From contig NC_083404.1 in NCBI RefSeq assembly GCF_020745735.1, forward strand, positions 97,897,731 to 97,961,730: DNA of 64,000 bases, written 5' to 3'. The notes under the pieces are model-generated. The model saw nothing but the letters and a program-made list of their open reading frames with translations, did no database searches and was not told the origin of the DNA. Each line of letters begins with the position of its first letter. Position 1 is the first letter of the stretch. Positions 25,804-37,134 of this stretch are shown here, one piece after another. Source of the stretch: Hemiscyllium ocellatum (taxonomy: Eukaryota). Both the position numbers and the translations under genes were made by a program.

Positions 25804-26259
25804 ATAGTGGAGGGCTCGATCGTAACACAGAATTTATAGCAAAAATTTGCAGTGTGATGTAACTGAAATTATACGTTGAAAAATTGATTGTCTGTTAAGC
25901 CTTTCATCTGTTACAATACAGTGATAATATCACTTCTTTCATGTGTAAATCACAAAACCCTTTTTTTAAAGTTGCATTCTTGGGTTAGCTGTTAACAATG
26001 GTGATAACTAGACAATATGTTGAAGGTGTTAGCCCCCTGTGTTCTCTGTCTATGCCATGATGTTTAGATTGATTCTAATCTAAAAAGTGAGATAACAGAG
26101 TTTTACATAAATTCATGCAGTTTTTGAGCTCAGAGTTCTACATGAATGCGTGCAATTTTTGAGCAAAGTGCAATGTAACTCTGCAAGTACAAATTCACCC
26201 CACAAATTATATGTGTACATGTGGGTCTTTGTGTGTGTGTGTCTGTTTGGGGTGAGGGT

Positions 26260-26264
<5 letters not shown>

Positions 26265-26342
<78 letters not shown>
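26265..26342. repeat. (GT)n microsatellite in PLE 3' UTR
   Basis: Perfect dinucleotide run. Confidence 0.98.
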
Positions 26343-26344
<2 letters not shown>

Positions 26345-26520
26345 TGAGTGCAGAGTGTCTTAAGTCTGTGAGGGGGTGCATGTGTGAGTGTGGGAGCATG
26401 TGTGTCTATTAGGGTGTGTGTGGGTGTCTGTATGCGCGTCTGTGTGTACCTGTGTCTGTGTGTATGTGAGAGTGTGTATGTGTAGGAATATCTGTGTGTG
26501 TGTGTGTAGTGTAATGGTGA

Positions 26521-27815
26521 TCACCTGTAATGTGACATGAACCCAAGGTCCCGGTTGAGGCCCTCCCTATGGGTACCGAACTTAGCTATCAGCCTCTGCT
26601 CGGCCACTTTCCTCTGCTGCCTGTCCCAGAGTCCACCTTGGAGGATGGTCACCTGAAGGTCCGAGGCTGAATGTCCAGGACCACTGAAGTGTTCCCCAAC
26701 TGGGAGGGAACCCTCCTGTCTGTTGATTGTTGTGCGGTTCCCATTCATCCGTTGTCATAGCCTTTGCTTGGTTTCCCCAATGTACCATGCCTCCGGGCAT
26801 CCTAGCCTGCAACATATAAGATAGACAATGTTGGCTGAGTCACATGAGTACCTGCCATGTACAAGGTGGGAGGTGTTCCCACGTGTAATAGTGGTATCTA
26901 TGTCCACAATCTGACACATCTTGCAACGTCCACCATGACATGGTTATATGGAGTTGTCATGAGAGCTGGACAGTTTGCTACGAACAATGATCTGTTTGAG
27001 GATTGGCGATTGTTTAAAGGCAAGTAGTGGAGGTGTAGGGAAGGTCTCGGTGAGGTACTCATCCTCATTGATAATGTGTTGCAGGTCATGAAGAACATGG
27101 CATAATTTTTCAGCCCCTGGGAAGTACTGAACAACGAAGGGTACCCTGTCAGTTGCAGCACGTGTCTATCTCCTGAGGAGGTCATTACGGTTCCTTGCCG
27201 TGGCACGTCGGAACTGGCGGTCGATGAGTTGAGCATTGTACTCCATTCTTGTGAGGGCATCCTTGAGTACTTCCAGGTGTCCGTCACGTTCCTCCTCATC
27301 TGAGCAGATCTGGTGTATGCGTAGGGCTTGTCCACAGGGAATGGCTGTTTTAATATGTTTTGGGTGGAAGCTGGAGAAGTGTAGCATTGTGAGGTTGTCT
27401 GTGGGTTTGCGGTAGAGTGTGGTGCTGAGGTGTCCGTCCTTGATGGAGACGCACGTGTCCAAGAATGAGACAGACAGTCAAGAGTAGTCCATGGTGAGTT
27501 TGATGGTGGGATGAAACTTGTTGATGTCACTGTGTAGTTTTATCAGTGACTCCTCACCATGGGTCCAGAGGAAGAAAATGTCATCAATGTCCCTGGTGTA
27601 CAATGTTGGTTGGAGATCCTGCATAGAGAAGAAATTTTGTTCGAACCTGTGCATAAAAATGTTGGCATATTGGGGTGCAAATTTTGTCCCCATGGCTGTT
27701 CCGTGTGTCTGGATGAAGAATTGGTTGTCAAAGGTGAAGACATTATGATCGAGGATAAAGTGGATGAGTTGTAGGATAGTGTTTGGAGATTGGCAGTTGT
27801 TGGCGTTGAGTACTG
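26521..27815 (-). pseudogene. PLE RT / GIY-YIG ORF, frameshifted
   Basis: ORFs 27478-27828, 27166-27462 and 26521-26748 are successive pieces of one protein. Confidence 0.92.
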
Positions 27816-29009
27816 GCGTTGAAATCAATTTTTCAATGTATAATTTCAGTTACATCACACTGCAAATTTTTGCTATAAATTCTGTATTACTATCAAGCCC
27901 TCCACAATCGCCTGATGAAGGAGCGTCGCTCTAAAAGCTAATGTGCTTCCAATTAAACCTGTTGGACTATAACCTGGTGTTGTGTGATTTTTAACTTTGC
28001 AATTACTTTGATAGCATAGTACATGAAAAGCATTTGTAGATTGCTATTAACATGTATATTAATGTGAAAGCACAAAGTGTGTGAAATTCAGATCGGTTGT
28101 TCCTGTTTTGGGGGCCTATAAATGGTGTTAGAGCTGCAAAATGGCACTTATGGCAACAAACACACTTTTGGGATAAATCATGCCAGGTACAAAGGTGAAG
28201 GTGTTAGCATTCTCGCAATGCATGTCTGGTCGAGGTATGCAGAACAGGCAATTCAAGATGTCAATCAGCTTGCAATGCTGGTGTGATGAAAGCAGTGCTT
28301 TTGGAGCTCAACGCTTTAGCTAATGTTCTCTTTGAACCTTGTACAGCTGAACACGTGTTCAGCAGTAAGAAGGAACCACCCTTCCCCCACCCCTAGTACT
28401 ATTTAAAGAGATCGTAACAGCTTACAGGTTAGTCGATTTCTTCTGGCAGTCACTACTCTTCTACAAGTGTTTGGTGATTTTTGTGGGTTGTTTGAAGTTG
28501 CTGAACTCTACAGGGAATAGTAAGGCAGATGCTGAAAGATTCTTTTGCTGATTTCAAAGCTTCTGAGCAAAACAGTTGCTTCGGTGATGGATGCACTAAT
28601 AATCATTCCTTACGGAATATGCCTTGACTTAGGGAATAAGCAAAGACACCAAGCAGGAGGAAGAGAGCAAGGATTCTCTGGAGGAAACCATCTAATTCCA
28701 GGGTGGTATTCGATGAGTAATTCTTCTACCTGCACCCCTTGTGTGAGGTTGTTTGGAGACGGTCCTTTGTGCACTGTTGCCTTTTGATTACAGTGGATTG
28801 TTATAGTCATCGGACCATGTTGGAGGCCAATCATTTCAATTCCAGGGAAGCATTGTTACTTAGGTTAATGCCATAGGCAAACCATCCACAGCTTCTTTTA
28901 ATAGTCTTCCCACTGACATAAGGTCAGAAGTGGGGATATGAACTGAAGATTGCAGAGGGTTAGTATTATTCTCAACACTCCAGATGCTGAAGCAGTCTGG
29001 GTTAATGAG

Positions 29010-29815
29010 CAGCATGATTTAGGCAACATTCAAGAATGGCTAATAATCAACAAGTGACATGCTCATCACAGATGTGTCAAGCAATGACCATCTCCAACCA
29101 GAGAGAGAGGATCTAGCTATCTTTCTTTGCTACTTACTAGCATTACCATTACTGAATTCCACTCTCCATCACCCACCATCAACATCTTAAGGATTATCAA
29201 TAAACGGCAAATGAACTGGAACAACAATGGCTAAAAGCTATATTAAAAACTATGGCTATAACAACAGGTCAGAGGTGAGCGTTCTCAGTTCCTTGGCTTC
29301 TGACCCTGCAAAGTCTGTTTGCTATCCACAAACCCTAACTCAGGAGGGCAATGGAATACTCACCACTTTCTTGCATGAATGCAGCTCTAACAATTCAAGA
29401 AGCTTGACACTGTCCAAGACAAAGTAGCCTAGATGATTGGCACCCCGTTCACTCTTGCAAATCTCCTTCCCTCCTTTTATTATCTATAAAATGCATAGCA
29501 ACATTTTGCGATGACTCTTTTGAGAACACATTCCAAATCTGTGCTCTATCTCCTGGAAAGGCAGATAAATGGAAACACCACTAGCAAAATTCCCTCCAAG
29601 ACAGACACTTGATTTGGAACTCTACCATTGTTTTATCACTACCTTTGGGTGAAAATCCAAGAGCTCTTTCTCTTACAGTATTGTGCCTATGCCTATAACA
29701 CATGGTCTGCAGCAGCAGGTGGCCCATCATCACCTCCTAAGAAGAATTTAGGGATTAAAATAAATGCTGGCCCAGTCAGCAATACTCACATCACAAAAAC
29801 CAATAATGAAGAAAA
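29010..29815 (+). mobile_element. LINE-A 3' fragment
   Basis: gcaatgaccatctccaac...; ends taaatgctggcccagtcagcaatactcacatc, the family's 3' tail. Confidence 0.8.
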
Positions 29816-30939
29816 GAGCACAGGCTGAATGACAGTGAAAGACATGAAAGTGAATGCTGTCTTAATGTCAAAAGGCAGCAGGTTTATACCGCGTGGAGCT
29901 ACTGCTGCTAGCCCAGAGTGAATCCTTAGCAATTTTAGTCAACTGTAGAAGGGTAGTTTACTAGGCTGCTGTGTCCCCTCTCAAACCCCATTGTGTACAC
30001 AGTAAGAATGCAGCAAGCCAACCCAGTCTGAATTTCCATGAGCACTCAGACATTGCATGGCAACTGAGTCTGTGGTAATTATTTGAAAAAAATCATTGGC
30101 TCCCCATGCCATCACTTACCTTGTAGCCTACCCATTTGGCGCCTCACTTACCTGGAACACGAGCACCTTACCCACCTGGAAACCTACTTCGCTGGCACCT
30201 TTTCTATTTGGCACTGGGATTACACGCTTAACCTACAGACTTACCCTTGAATAGCAGCTGTCAAAATGTCTGACTGTGCTTCTGGGCATTTCAGTCTCAG
30301 AACACGATGTACTGGGTTGCTGTAAAAAGGGGTATGGTTTGATATCCCTCCCCATCCTGCAATCTGAGGGAGCTGTGTTGACTTAAGCTATGCTCTGTAT
30401 TTCTGAACAAGCTGGGATCAGAATTCCTGGATAGAAATGTGGAGCGCTCCACTATTAGCATTAAAGAAGATGAATGGAGTGGCAATTGGTTGCCAATCTT
30501 TGAAAAATCTGAGCCATTATCACAGACTAACACACAGAATCTAGGTCCTGTGTTTAATAATGTTACTATATATTACATATACATAATTACCTGACTGACA
30601 ACACTCAGTGCTTTATACACTTAACTGACTGAATATGGTGATCAATATGCCAGATTGTTGCATGAGCTATTTCTTTGATTTGTCATACAAAGGGTAATTT
30701 TATGAAATGGTCAGTCATTTGAATCCATTCGTGTGGACATGGAAAATTAACTCAAGATGGGTACTTTTACACAGGCTATCACTTGTTAAGATGTCATATC
30801 TTGAAGGTTTAAGCCTGTTTAGTTTGGAATCTATGCCACAATACAACATCCCCCACTTTCCCTTTCAAGAATGGAACACTTTTTTAGGACAGATTTGTCC
30901 AAGTGTATATAGATAAAAAATAAAATTTCTGTATTCCGG

Positions 30940-31055
30940 AGACCAGAAACACAAAACAAAACAGAAAATGCATGAGAAACTCAATAGGTCTGACAGCATT
31001 CATGGACAGAGAAACAATGTTGATGTTTTGCGTCCAACATGGCTATTCATCAGCA
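30940..31055 (-). mobile_element. Old PLE terminal fragment
   Basis: aaaacagaaaatgcatgagaaactcaataggtctgacagcat...ttcatcag; same family as 57765-57870. Confidence 0.7.
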
Positions 31056-31742
31056 TTCCTGCAAGTAGATAAGTTGTCTCTATATCTTCAGTGAATGTGC
31101 AATATGACCGCTCCTGATCCTAATGTTGTTATTGGGAGTTAAATTCACTCTGCAGTGTGCTGTCTGTCATGGCAGATGGATACTGATTAGTTGTCATAGA
31201 AGCAAGAGGGTTGTCTTGTATGATTTCTTCAACAGTCATGTCATCATCCCATGTGATGGGGAAAATGGTCTCATTCAGTTTGAATATGCTATTTGTTTCT
31301 TTGAGAGACTTGCCTACTGCTAATCATGTGGCATGACCTGGGCTGGATGCAAAAATTAATATCTTTTCATGAAGCCATGTGTTCATCCAAAAATATCGCA
31401 TTTGTATGCTCTGTTCTGGTTCAATCAGGAATAATTATCTGCATGCTCATTAATCATATTCACATACCCACTCTGCCTTCTTGCATTGTAAACTGACCAT
31501 CAAAGTCAAGCTGCGGTTGTTTTTCCTTCACGTCCTTGAGGCCATCTTTGAGCATTAGATAAAGGAAGATGTCTTAAGTGACTGGCACAGCTTGGGAGCA
31601 TGATATCCCTCCCCATCCCTCCTATACACAATAGCAGCAGGAGTGCCGTGCATTTGATGGCTGTGTTCTTGCTGACATTGGAGAGGGTTTGTCACTCTCA
31701 CATGCCCAGTTTCTTTTTCACTGTTGTATGTGTTCCTTCCAG

Positions 31743-31937
31743 TTTCTGCTGCCTGCAAGGCCCCTCCAGACCATACCTCCAGCAGCATCTGTTTCTCTGA
31801 CTTGACGGTGAAGTTGATGGAGGATCGCTTGGCCCAGTTCACACAGCATGGCCTCGCTCTTGCTGAGGTTTCCTTTCTCGACTGCACTCAGTTGAAACCG
31901 GCCACTCCTGCTCTCCGTCTGCAAACCAGCAGTGAAT
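31743..31937 (+). CDS. Candidate 195-nt internal coding exon (phase 1-1) of an unidentified gene: xSAACKAPPDHTSSSICFSDLTVKLMEDRLAQFTQHGLALAEVSFLDCTQLKPATPALRLQTSSEx
   Basis: Acceptor ttctttttcactgttgtatgtgttccttccAG, donor AAT/GTAAGC, length divisible by 3, only one plus frame open, 40 of 64 codons end in G/C, repeat-free flanks. Confidence 0.5.
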
Positions 31938-32294
31938 GTAAGCAAAAGACAGCATGCCATAATGTACAGGAAGGTCTCTCTCTGAGTACCTCTGCTGCCA
32001 CATGACATGACACTTCCTGCAAGGTGTCCCCCTTGTGGCTGCATCCTTCTTGATGAACAAAAAAAAGCTCCACACAAGGAACAAGATGGATGGGAGAGTC
32101 CAACCTTTGCTGTTTCTAGGCCTAATGTGAAAGCTTTCCAATTCCCACCCATTGATTGAAATTGTGCTGTTGATCTCTTTACTGAACTGTTGGAGAATAT
32201 TGCAGATTTCCACCCCAAAAGCCATTCCAGGGAATATGTCCATCATGTAAATTGTGTGATATTCTGTCAAAGCCCTCTCCTGGTCAAAACTGAT

Positions 32295-32435
32295 CCGGCA
32301 GCCTGTCCTCTATCAGAACAGTTCTGAGAAAGAGTTGACGGAATGTTATTTGTTCTTTCCACATGACCTGTTGAGTTTTACCAGCACTTTCTGTCTTTGT
32401 TTCAGACTTTCAGAATCCACAGTTCTTTGTTTTAC
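32295..32435 (+). mobile_element. Old PLE terminal fragment
   Basis: gacctgttgagttttaccagcactttctgtctttgtttcagactttcagaatccacagttctttg. Confidence 0.7.
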
Positions 32436-33044
32436 TTTGGCCTGTCCTCTATGTCAGGTATTATACACCTGTGCAGAACCTGGCTATCAGAGATTTCCTT
32501 GCTGCACATTTGACCTTATTACATGTGATCCCAGACAGGGAAGGAGCACTACATATTTGATGGGTGTGGAGAAGCTGAGAGAATTGGATAAGCACTTAAG
32601 AAAAAAAAAATGTCAGGTAGTAGGAATCAGCTTCAGTCACAATGCACCTCCCAGAGGTGGAGAGATGGCTACTTTTAAGCAGTGCAGACTAGCCAGTTCC
32701 AATATTGGCCTTCTATTGGTCTTACGGTGTGCTTAGTCTTGACTGGACATTAAAATTATTGAAATGAACAGGCTGCAGAAGGCTGACATGCTGCTGGCAT
32801 CTGAATCAACAGGTTTGGTTAATCATGTATAATGGAATTTTATTCTGCTTTCAGTTGTTAAACTGAATTTAGTATCCAAAATGTCTGATTTATTAATGCA
32901 TTGTCTCAAAAGCTTCAAAGACAAGAAAACAAATGAGAGGATTAAATCCAGAGGACAATTTCAGAAATCAAAGGCACTGCTAAATGCAGTTTGAAGGAGA
33001 ATGATTGTCAAATGCAGGCATTGAAAATGAAGACCTGCCAGCAA

Positions 33045-33305
33045 TTAGATTGCTTACAATGTGGAAACATGCCCTTCAGCCCACACCAACCCTCCAAAGA
33101 GTAACCCATTTCCCTCTGACAAATGCACCTAACACTACAGGCAATTTAGCATGGCCAATTCACCTGGCCTGTAGCAGCAAACCAGAGGAAACTCACACAG
33201 ACACAGGGAGAATGTGTAAACTCCGCACAGACAGTCACCCAAGGTTGGGATCAAACCTGGGACCCTGGTGCTGTGAAACAGCAGTGCTGACCACTGAGCC
33301 ATCAT
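33045..33305 (-). mobile_element. HE1-type V-SINE, older copy
   Basis: Reverse-complement match: gcaatttagcatggccaattcacct...cacagacacagggagaatgtgtaaactcc...gcagtgctgaccactgagcca. Confidence 0.88.
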
Positions 33306-33354
33306 GCTTGATGTTGGAAGTGGGGGTAAACACAGTAGAGGAAGAAGAAAATTC

Positions 33355-34160
33355 ACATGTTTCAAAAGAGTTAGGGTATAAGAGCAGAGACATCTCACTG
33401 CAACTGTACAAGTTGCTGGTGAGACCTTGTCTGGAGTTCTGTGAGCAGTTTCGATCCCCTTATCTAAGAAAAGATATTGTTTCATTGGAGGCAGTTCAAA
33501 GAATGTTCATTAAGATGATCTCTGATATGGAAGGATTGTCTTATGAGCAAAGGTTGGAACTCTACTCACTAGAATTTAGAAGAATGAGGGGTGATCTCAT
33601 TGAAACATAAAGAAGTCTTAAAGGTCTTGACAAGGTAAATGCTGAGGATATTATGGGAAGGCTAGGCCAGATGGCATATTCTCAGAATAAAATGGTTGCT
33701 GAAAATGTGTTGCTGGAAAAGCACAGTAGGTCAGGCAGCATCCAAGGAACAGGAGATTCGACGTTTCAGGCATAAGCCCATTCCTGAAGAAGGGCTTATG
33801 CCCGAAATGTCAAATCTCTTGTTCCTTGGATGCTGCCTGACCTGCTGCACTTTTCCAGCAACACATTTTCAGTTCTGATCTCCAGCATCTGCAGACCTCA
33901 CTTTCTGCTAGAATAAAATGGTGTCAATTTAAGACTGAGATGAGGAGGAATTTCTGATTTCAGAGTACTGTGAGTCTTTTAACCTCCTTTCCCGAAATAA
34001 TAATGTGTTATGTAAGGCTGATGTTGATAGATTCTTAATCAGTAGGAGAATCAAGGGTTACGAGGAAAATGCAGGGATTTTGGATCAGCCAAGATCCTAA
34101 TAAGTAGCAGAGCAGGATGGAGTGGGTTCGCAGCCTACTCCTGTTCCTGTTGCTTATGGT
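33355..34160 (+). mobile_element. CR1 3' fragment
   Basis: LYKLLVRPCLEFCEQF...RRMRGDLIET and CR1 3' UTR. Confidence 0.88.
33697..33909. mobile_element. Short foldback PLE-terminus element with hammerhead motif, nested in CR1
   Basis: Inverted arms pivot at ~33780; cctgaagaagggcttatgcccgaaatgtc; exact 13-bp TSD AGAATAAAATGGT at 33684-33696 and 33910-33922. Confidence 0.92.
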
Positions 34161-36639
34161 GGATAACACTGGGACATGGATTGAGGGAGACTTGAAGAAA
34201 CCATAGAAAAAGCAGATCATTGCCAATAGTCCCACAAAGGCTCTGATTAAAGCAAACTAAGGAATATCTCAAACATTCACTAAACAAGCAACTACTCCAG
34301 GAATGCTACATTTAAGTCTATTTTAGCAAAAATAATATTATTGTGATTCTTAAATTTTCTTCTCAATCTTAAATATTAATGCTAAAATAAATAAAGGACT
34401 ATTGATGATTTTATTGATGCACCTTTAATAAGATTTTCTTGGCATCACATTTCAAAAAAGAAGAGTATATAAATAGCTTAGTTGTTCTGTGTGAGATTTA
34501 TTTTCCAGCAGGAAAGCGTATGCTGGTCGTAAACACCTCTCCAATCTGGCAATTGTACAATTATGGAACTGTTTAACGTTATGACTAATTGCCAGACAAT
34601 ATTTTTCCTCTCTGTGTGTTAGTTGTTCATCCAGTGAGCCAATAATAATTCAGTTACCTAATATGCATTTGGAGATTAATATACCTTTTAATGATGACCC
34701 ACAAGTACTTTCCATACACCACGTATCAATTTGTCAAACCATTAGTTCTTCTACAATTAAAACTTCAATATAAATGCTATAAATGCAGCTCCTTTAAATA
34801 TTAGAACAACTGTAATTTAGAAAAAACATTGCTCTGTGTTAAGCTTAAACCTGACCTTCAAGTTTAAACCTTGCAATTTCAATTGCGTACTTTGACCTTT
34901 AGAGGTCAGTGTTTCACTTCAATGAATTTTTTTTCTCACTGCAGTAGAAATCAGATCATTATAGCATAGAAACTGGTCTTTTGACCCACCAAATCTATAC
35001 TGGAGTGTTCCTTCACATCAGCCACTCAACCTAATTCCAAAGTATTGCTATCTTCCTATACTAATTATTTTTTCCCATGATTGTCATGATAAAAGCTGTT
35101 GCGTCATCAATGGTTTGTGGGAGAGAATGCCAGATTCTAAGCACATTGTGATCTTGTGATCCCCCTGCACCTTGAGTTGCCAATCCTCCAGGAATATCTT
35201 GGCATCTCTTAGATTTAGAGATGAATTCCTGAACACTGTTATAAATAGGAATTTTAAAATGGTTGTTTTTATTTCAATTTTTGACCTCTTTTGTTGATTA
35301 TTGTAATAAATGTCTATCTTGTCACTTTATAAAATCTTTACAAATTAATTGAATATTATAGAAGTAGTTCTCTTTCTTTCTCTCTTATTAATAAAAATTC
35401 TATAGCAGGTTGCTTAGCTAACAGTCAAAAGTAAAAGCCTGTTATGGCTGCAAAGGACACTACTCTAGCACAGACTCCACTAAAACAACATTCAAAACCT
35501 GTTAAAGGAAGATCTCATGCTTTAGTCTGATTATGGTTAACATAAAGTCATGGTAGACATAAGTAGTGAGGAAACTTTATGGGCTGGCAGAGGGAATTAG
35601 TGGGGGGAGGAGGTGTTGTATCTTGACTATCTTTCCCCAGTAATTGAACTGTTGAATAATTGATTAGCATGAAGCACCCAATAACTTTCTAGAAATGAGA
35701 TACAAAAATAAGGGAGGAAAAAGATTTCAGATGGAAGAGAGCTCCTGAAGTTGCTAGAGGTCTCCTAAAATATTGGTTGGATCAAAGTGTCATTGAAAAA
35801 TGAGAACTTTCTGGAATGGATTTATGCCGGCTCTGGACCAACCCTCAAGTTAGCTCAAGATGACCAAGAAGAAAAGATATTGCAATGATCAAGTTAAGAG
35901 CTAGATCAGCACTATTCTAGTTCACGTGTCCATCTTTAATATCCGGGACAATTAAACAATTTCCACTTTTGCCAAATCGTAAGTCTTTTCTGTCTCTAGC
36001 TTATGCATCATATGTCCTGTGTTACATCTTAATAATTTGCCTTAAAACAGTTTATTCTTAGGTCAATGCAAATCTCTCTAGCTTTGATAAAGCAGCCCTA
36101 CCTTATCAAGTAAGAAAGGGATTATGTACTACAACTTTCAAGGCTTCTCTCTCCAATGTTTTAATTAAAAATACTTTCATTAGCTGAGCTACTATTATAT
36201 CCCTCTTGTTTGCCTTTTGGAGGTCACCTACTGAGGCCTCAAGGGAACCAGATGTTGTGTTATATCTCACAGTTAGTATGTCAATATACCTTTAAAAAAT
36301 ATGATCATGATATCACGACTGTATGATAGCATGTGACCTGAAGGTACAAATATCTCAGACACCACCTTAATTTGGGTTACATGAAGCCTGGCACACTGAT
36401 GAATGCATGCTGCCTTTTATGACTCAATAGCCTGATACAAGCCCAGACAATGAAATGTTTCAATGTGATGTTTGTGCACAACAATCAGCTGTAACAAAAG
36501 CTCTGTTGGATTTGTTTTTAACCCATATTTCGATTCTTATATTATGGGTGATAATAAAAACATTGCTGGATTAGGTAAGTAAATCCTGCTGGAAGCAAAC
36601 CACATATTATGGTAAGCAGCAGTGAGCATAGAAGAAGAT

Positions 36640-36929
36640 GGGTGGCACGGTGGCACAGTGGTCAGCACTGCTGCCTTACAGTGCCTGAGACCTGGGTTCA
36701 ATTCCTGACTCAGGCAATTGACTGTGTGGAGTTTGCACGTTCTCCCCGTGTCTGCGTGGGTTTCCTCCCACAGTCCAAAGATGTGCGGGTCAGATGAATT
36801 GGCCATGCTAAATTGCCCGTAGTGTTAGGTAAGGGGTAAATGTAGGGGCATGGGTGGGTTGCGCTTTGGCGGGTCGGTGTGGACTTGTTGGGCCGAAGGG
36901 CCTGTTTCTACACCGTAAGTAATCTAATC
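36640..36929 (+). mobile_element. HE1-type V-SINE
   Basis: As 17178-17491, with a ~19-bp deletion between the ggtttcctcc repeats; TSD AAGAT. Confidence 0.95.
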
Positions 36930-37134
36930 AAGATTTCATGATCTTAGTGGCAGATATTTTGAAAATCTAATTTATGATCAATGGACAACAGCCCTGGCTG
37001 TCAAATAGTTCTGAAATTCAGTGTTAGCAGTTTCTGTAAGACAGAACTAATCTCTTTCTAATTAAAACCCAAACATATTTTAAGCTGGAAGAAATTTCTA
37101 GGTAATAGTTATTTGGAAGTACAAACTTGTGTAT

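Larger units (their letters stand above)
25679..27997 (-). mobile_element. 5'-truncated Penelope-like retroelement with inverted terminal repeat (27820-27997)
   Basis: RT motifs GTAMGTKFAPQYANIFM and YTRDIDDIFFLW; GIY-YIG NIVYLICC...WYIGETKQ...VGEHF...EQRLI..F...GLN; TSD TGCAATTACTTT at 25667-25678 and 27998-28009. Confidence 0.95.

Noticed and set aside
26898-27530. 210-aa minus-strand ORF
   Set aside because: Alternative frame of the PLE RT region.
31718-32218. Resemblance of the minus ORF to CCK, CART or VWC2 precursors
   Set aside because: Only vague compositional likeness with no diagnostic motif, so no symbol is assigned.
33005-33610. 201-aa ORF
   Set aside because: Chance read-through of an antisense HE1 SINE into a CR1 fragment.
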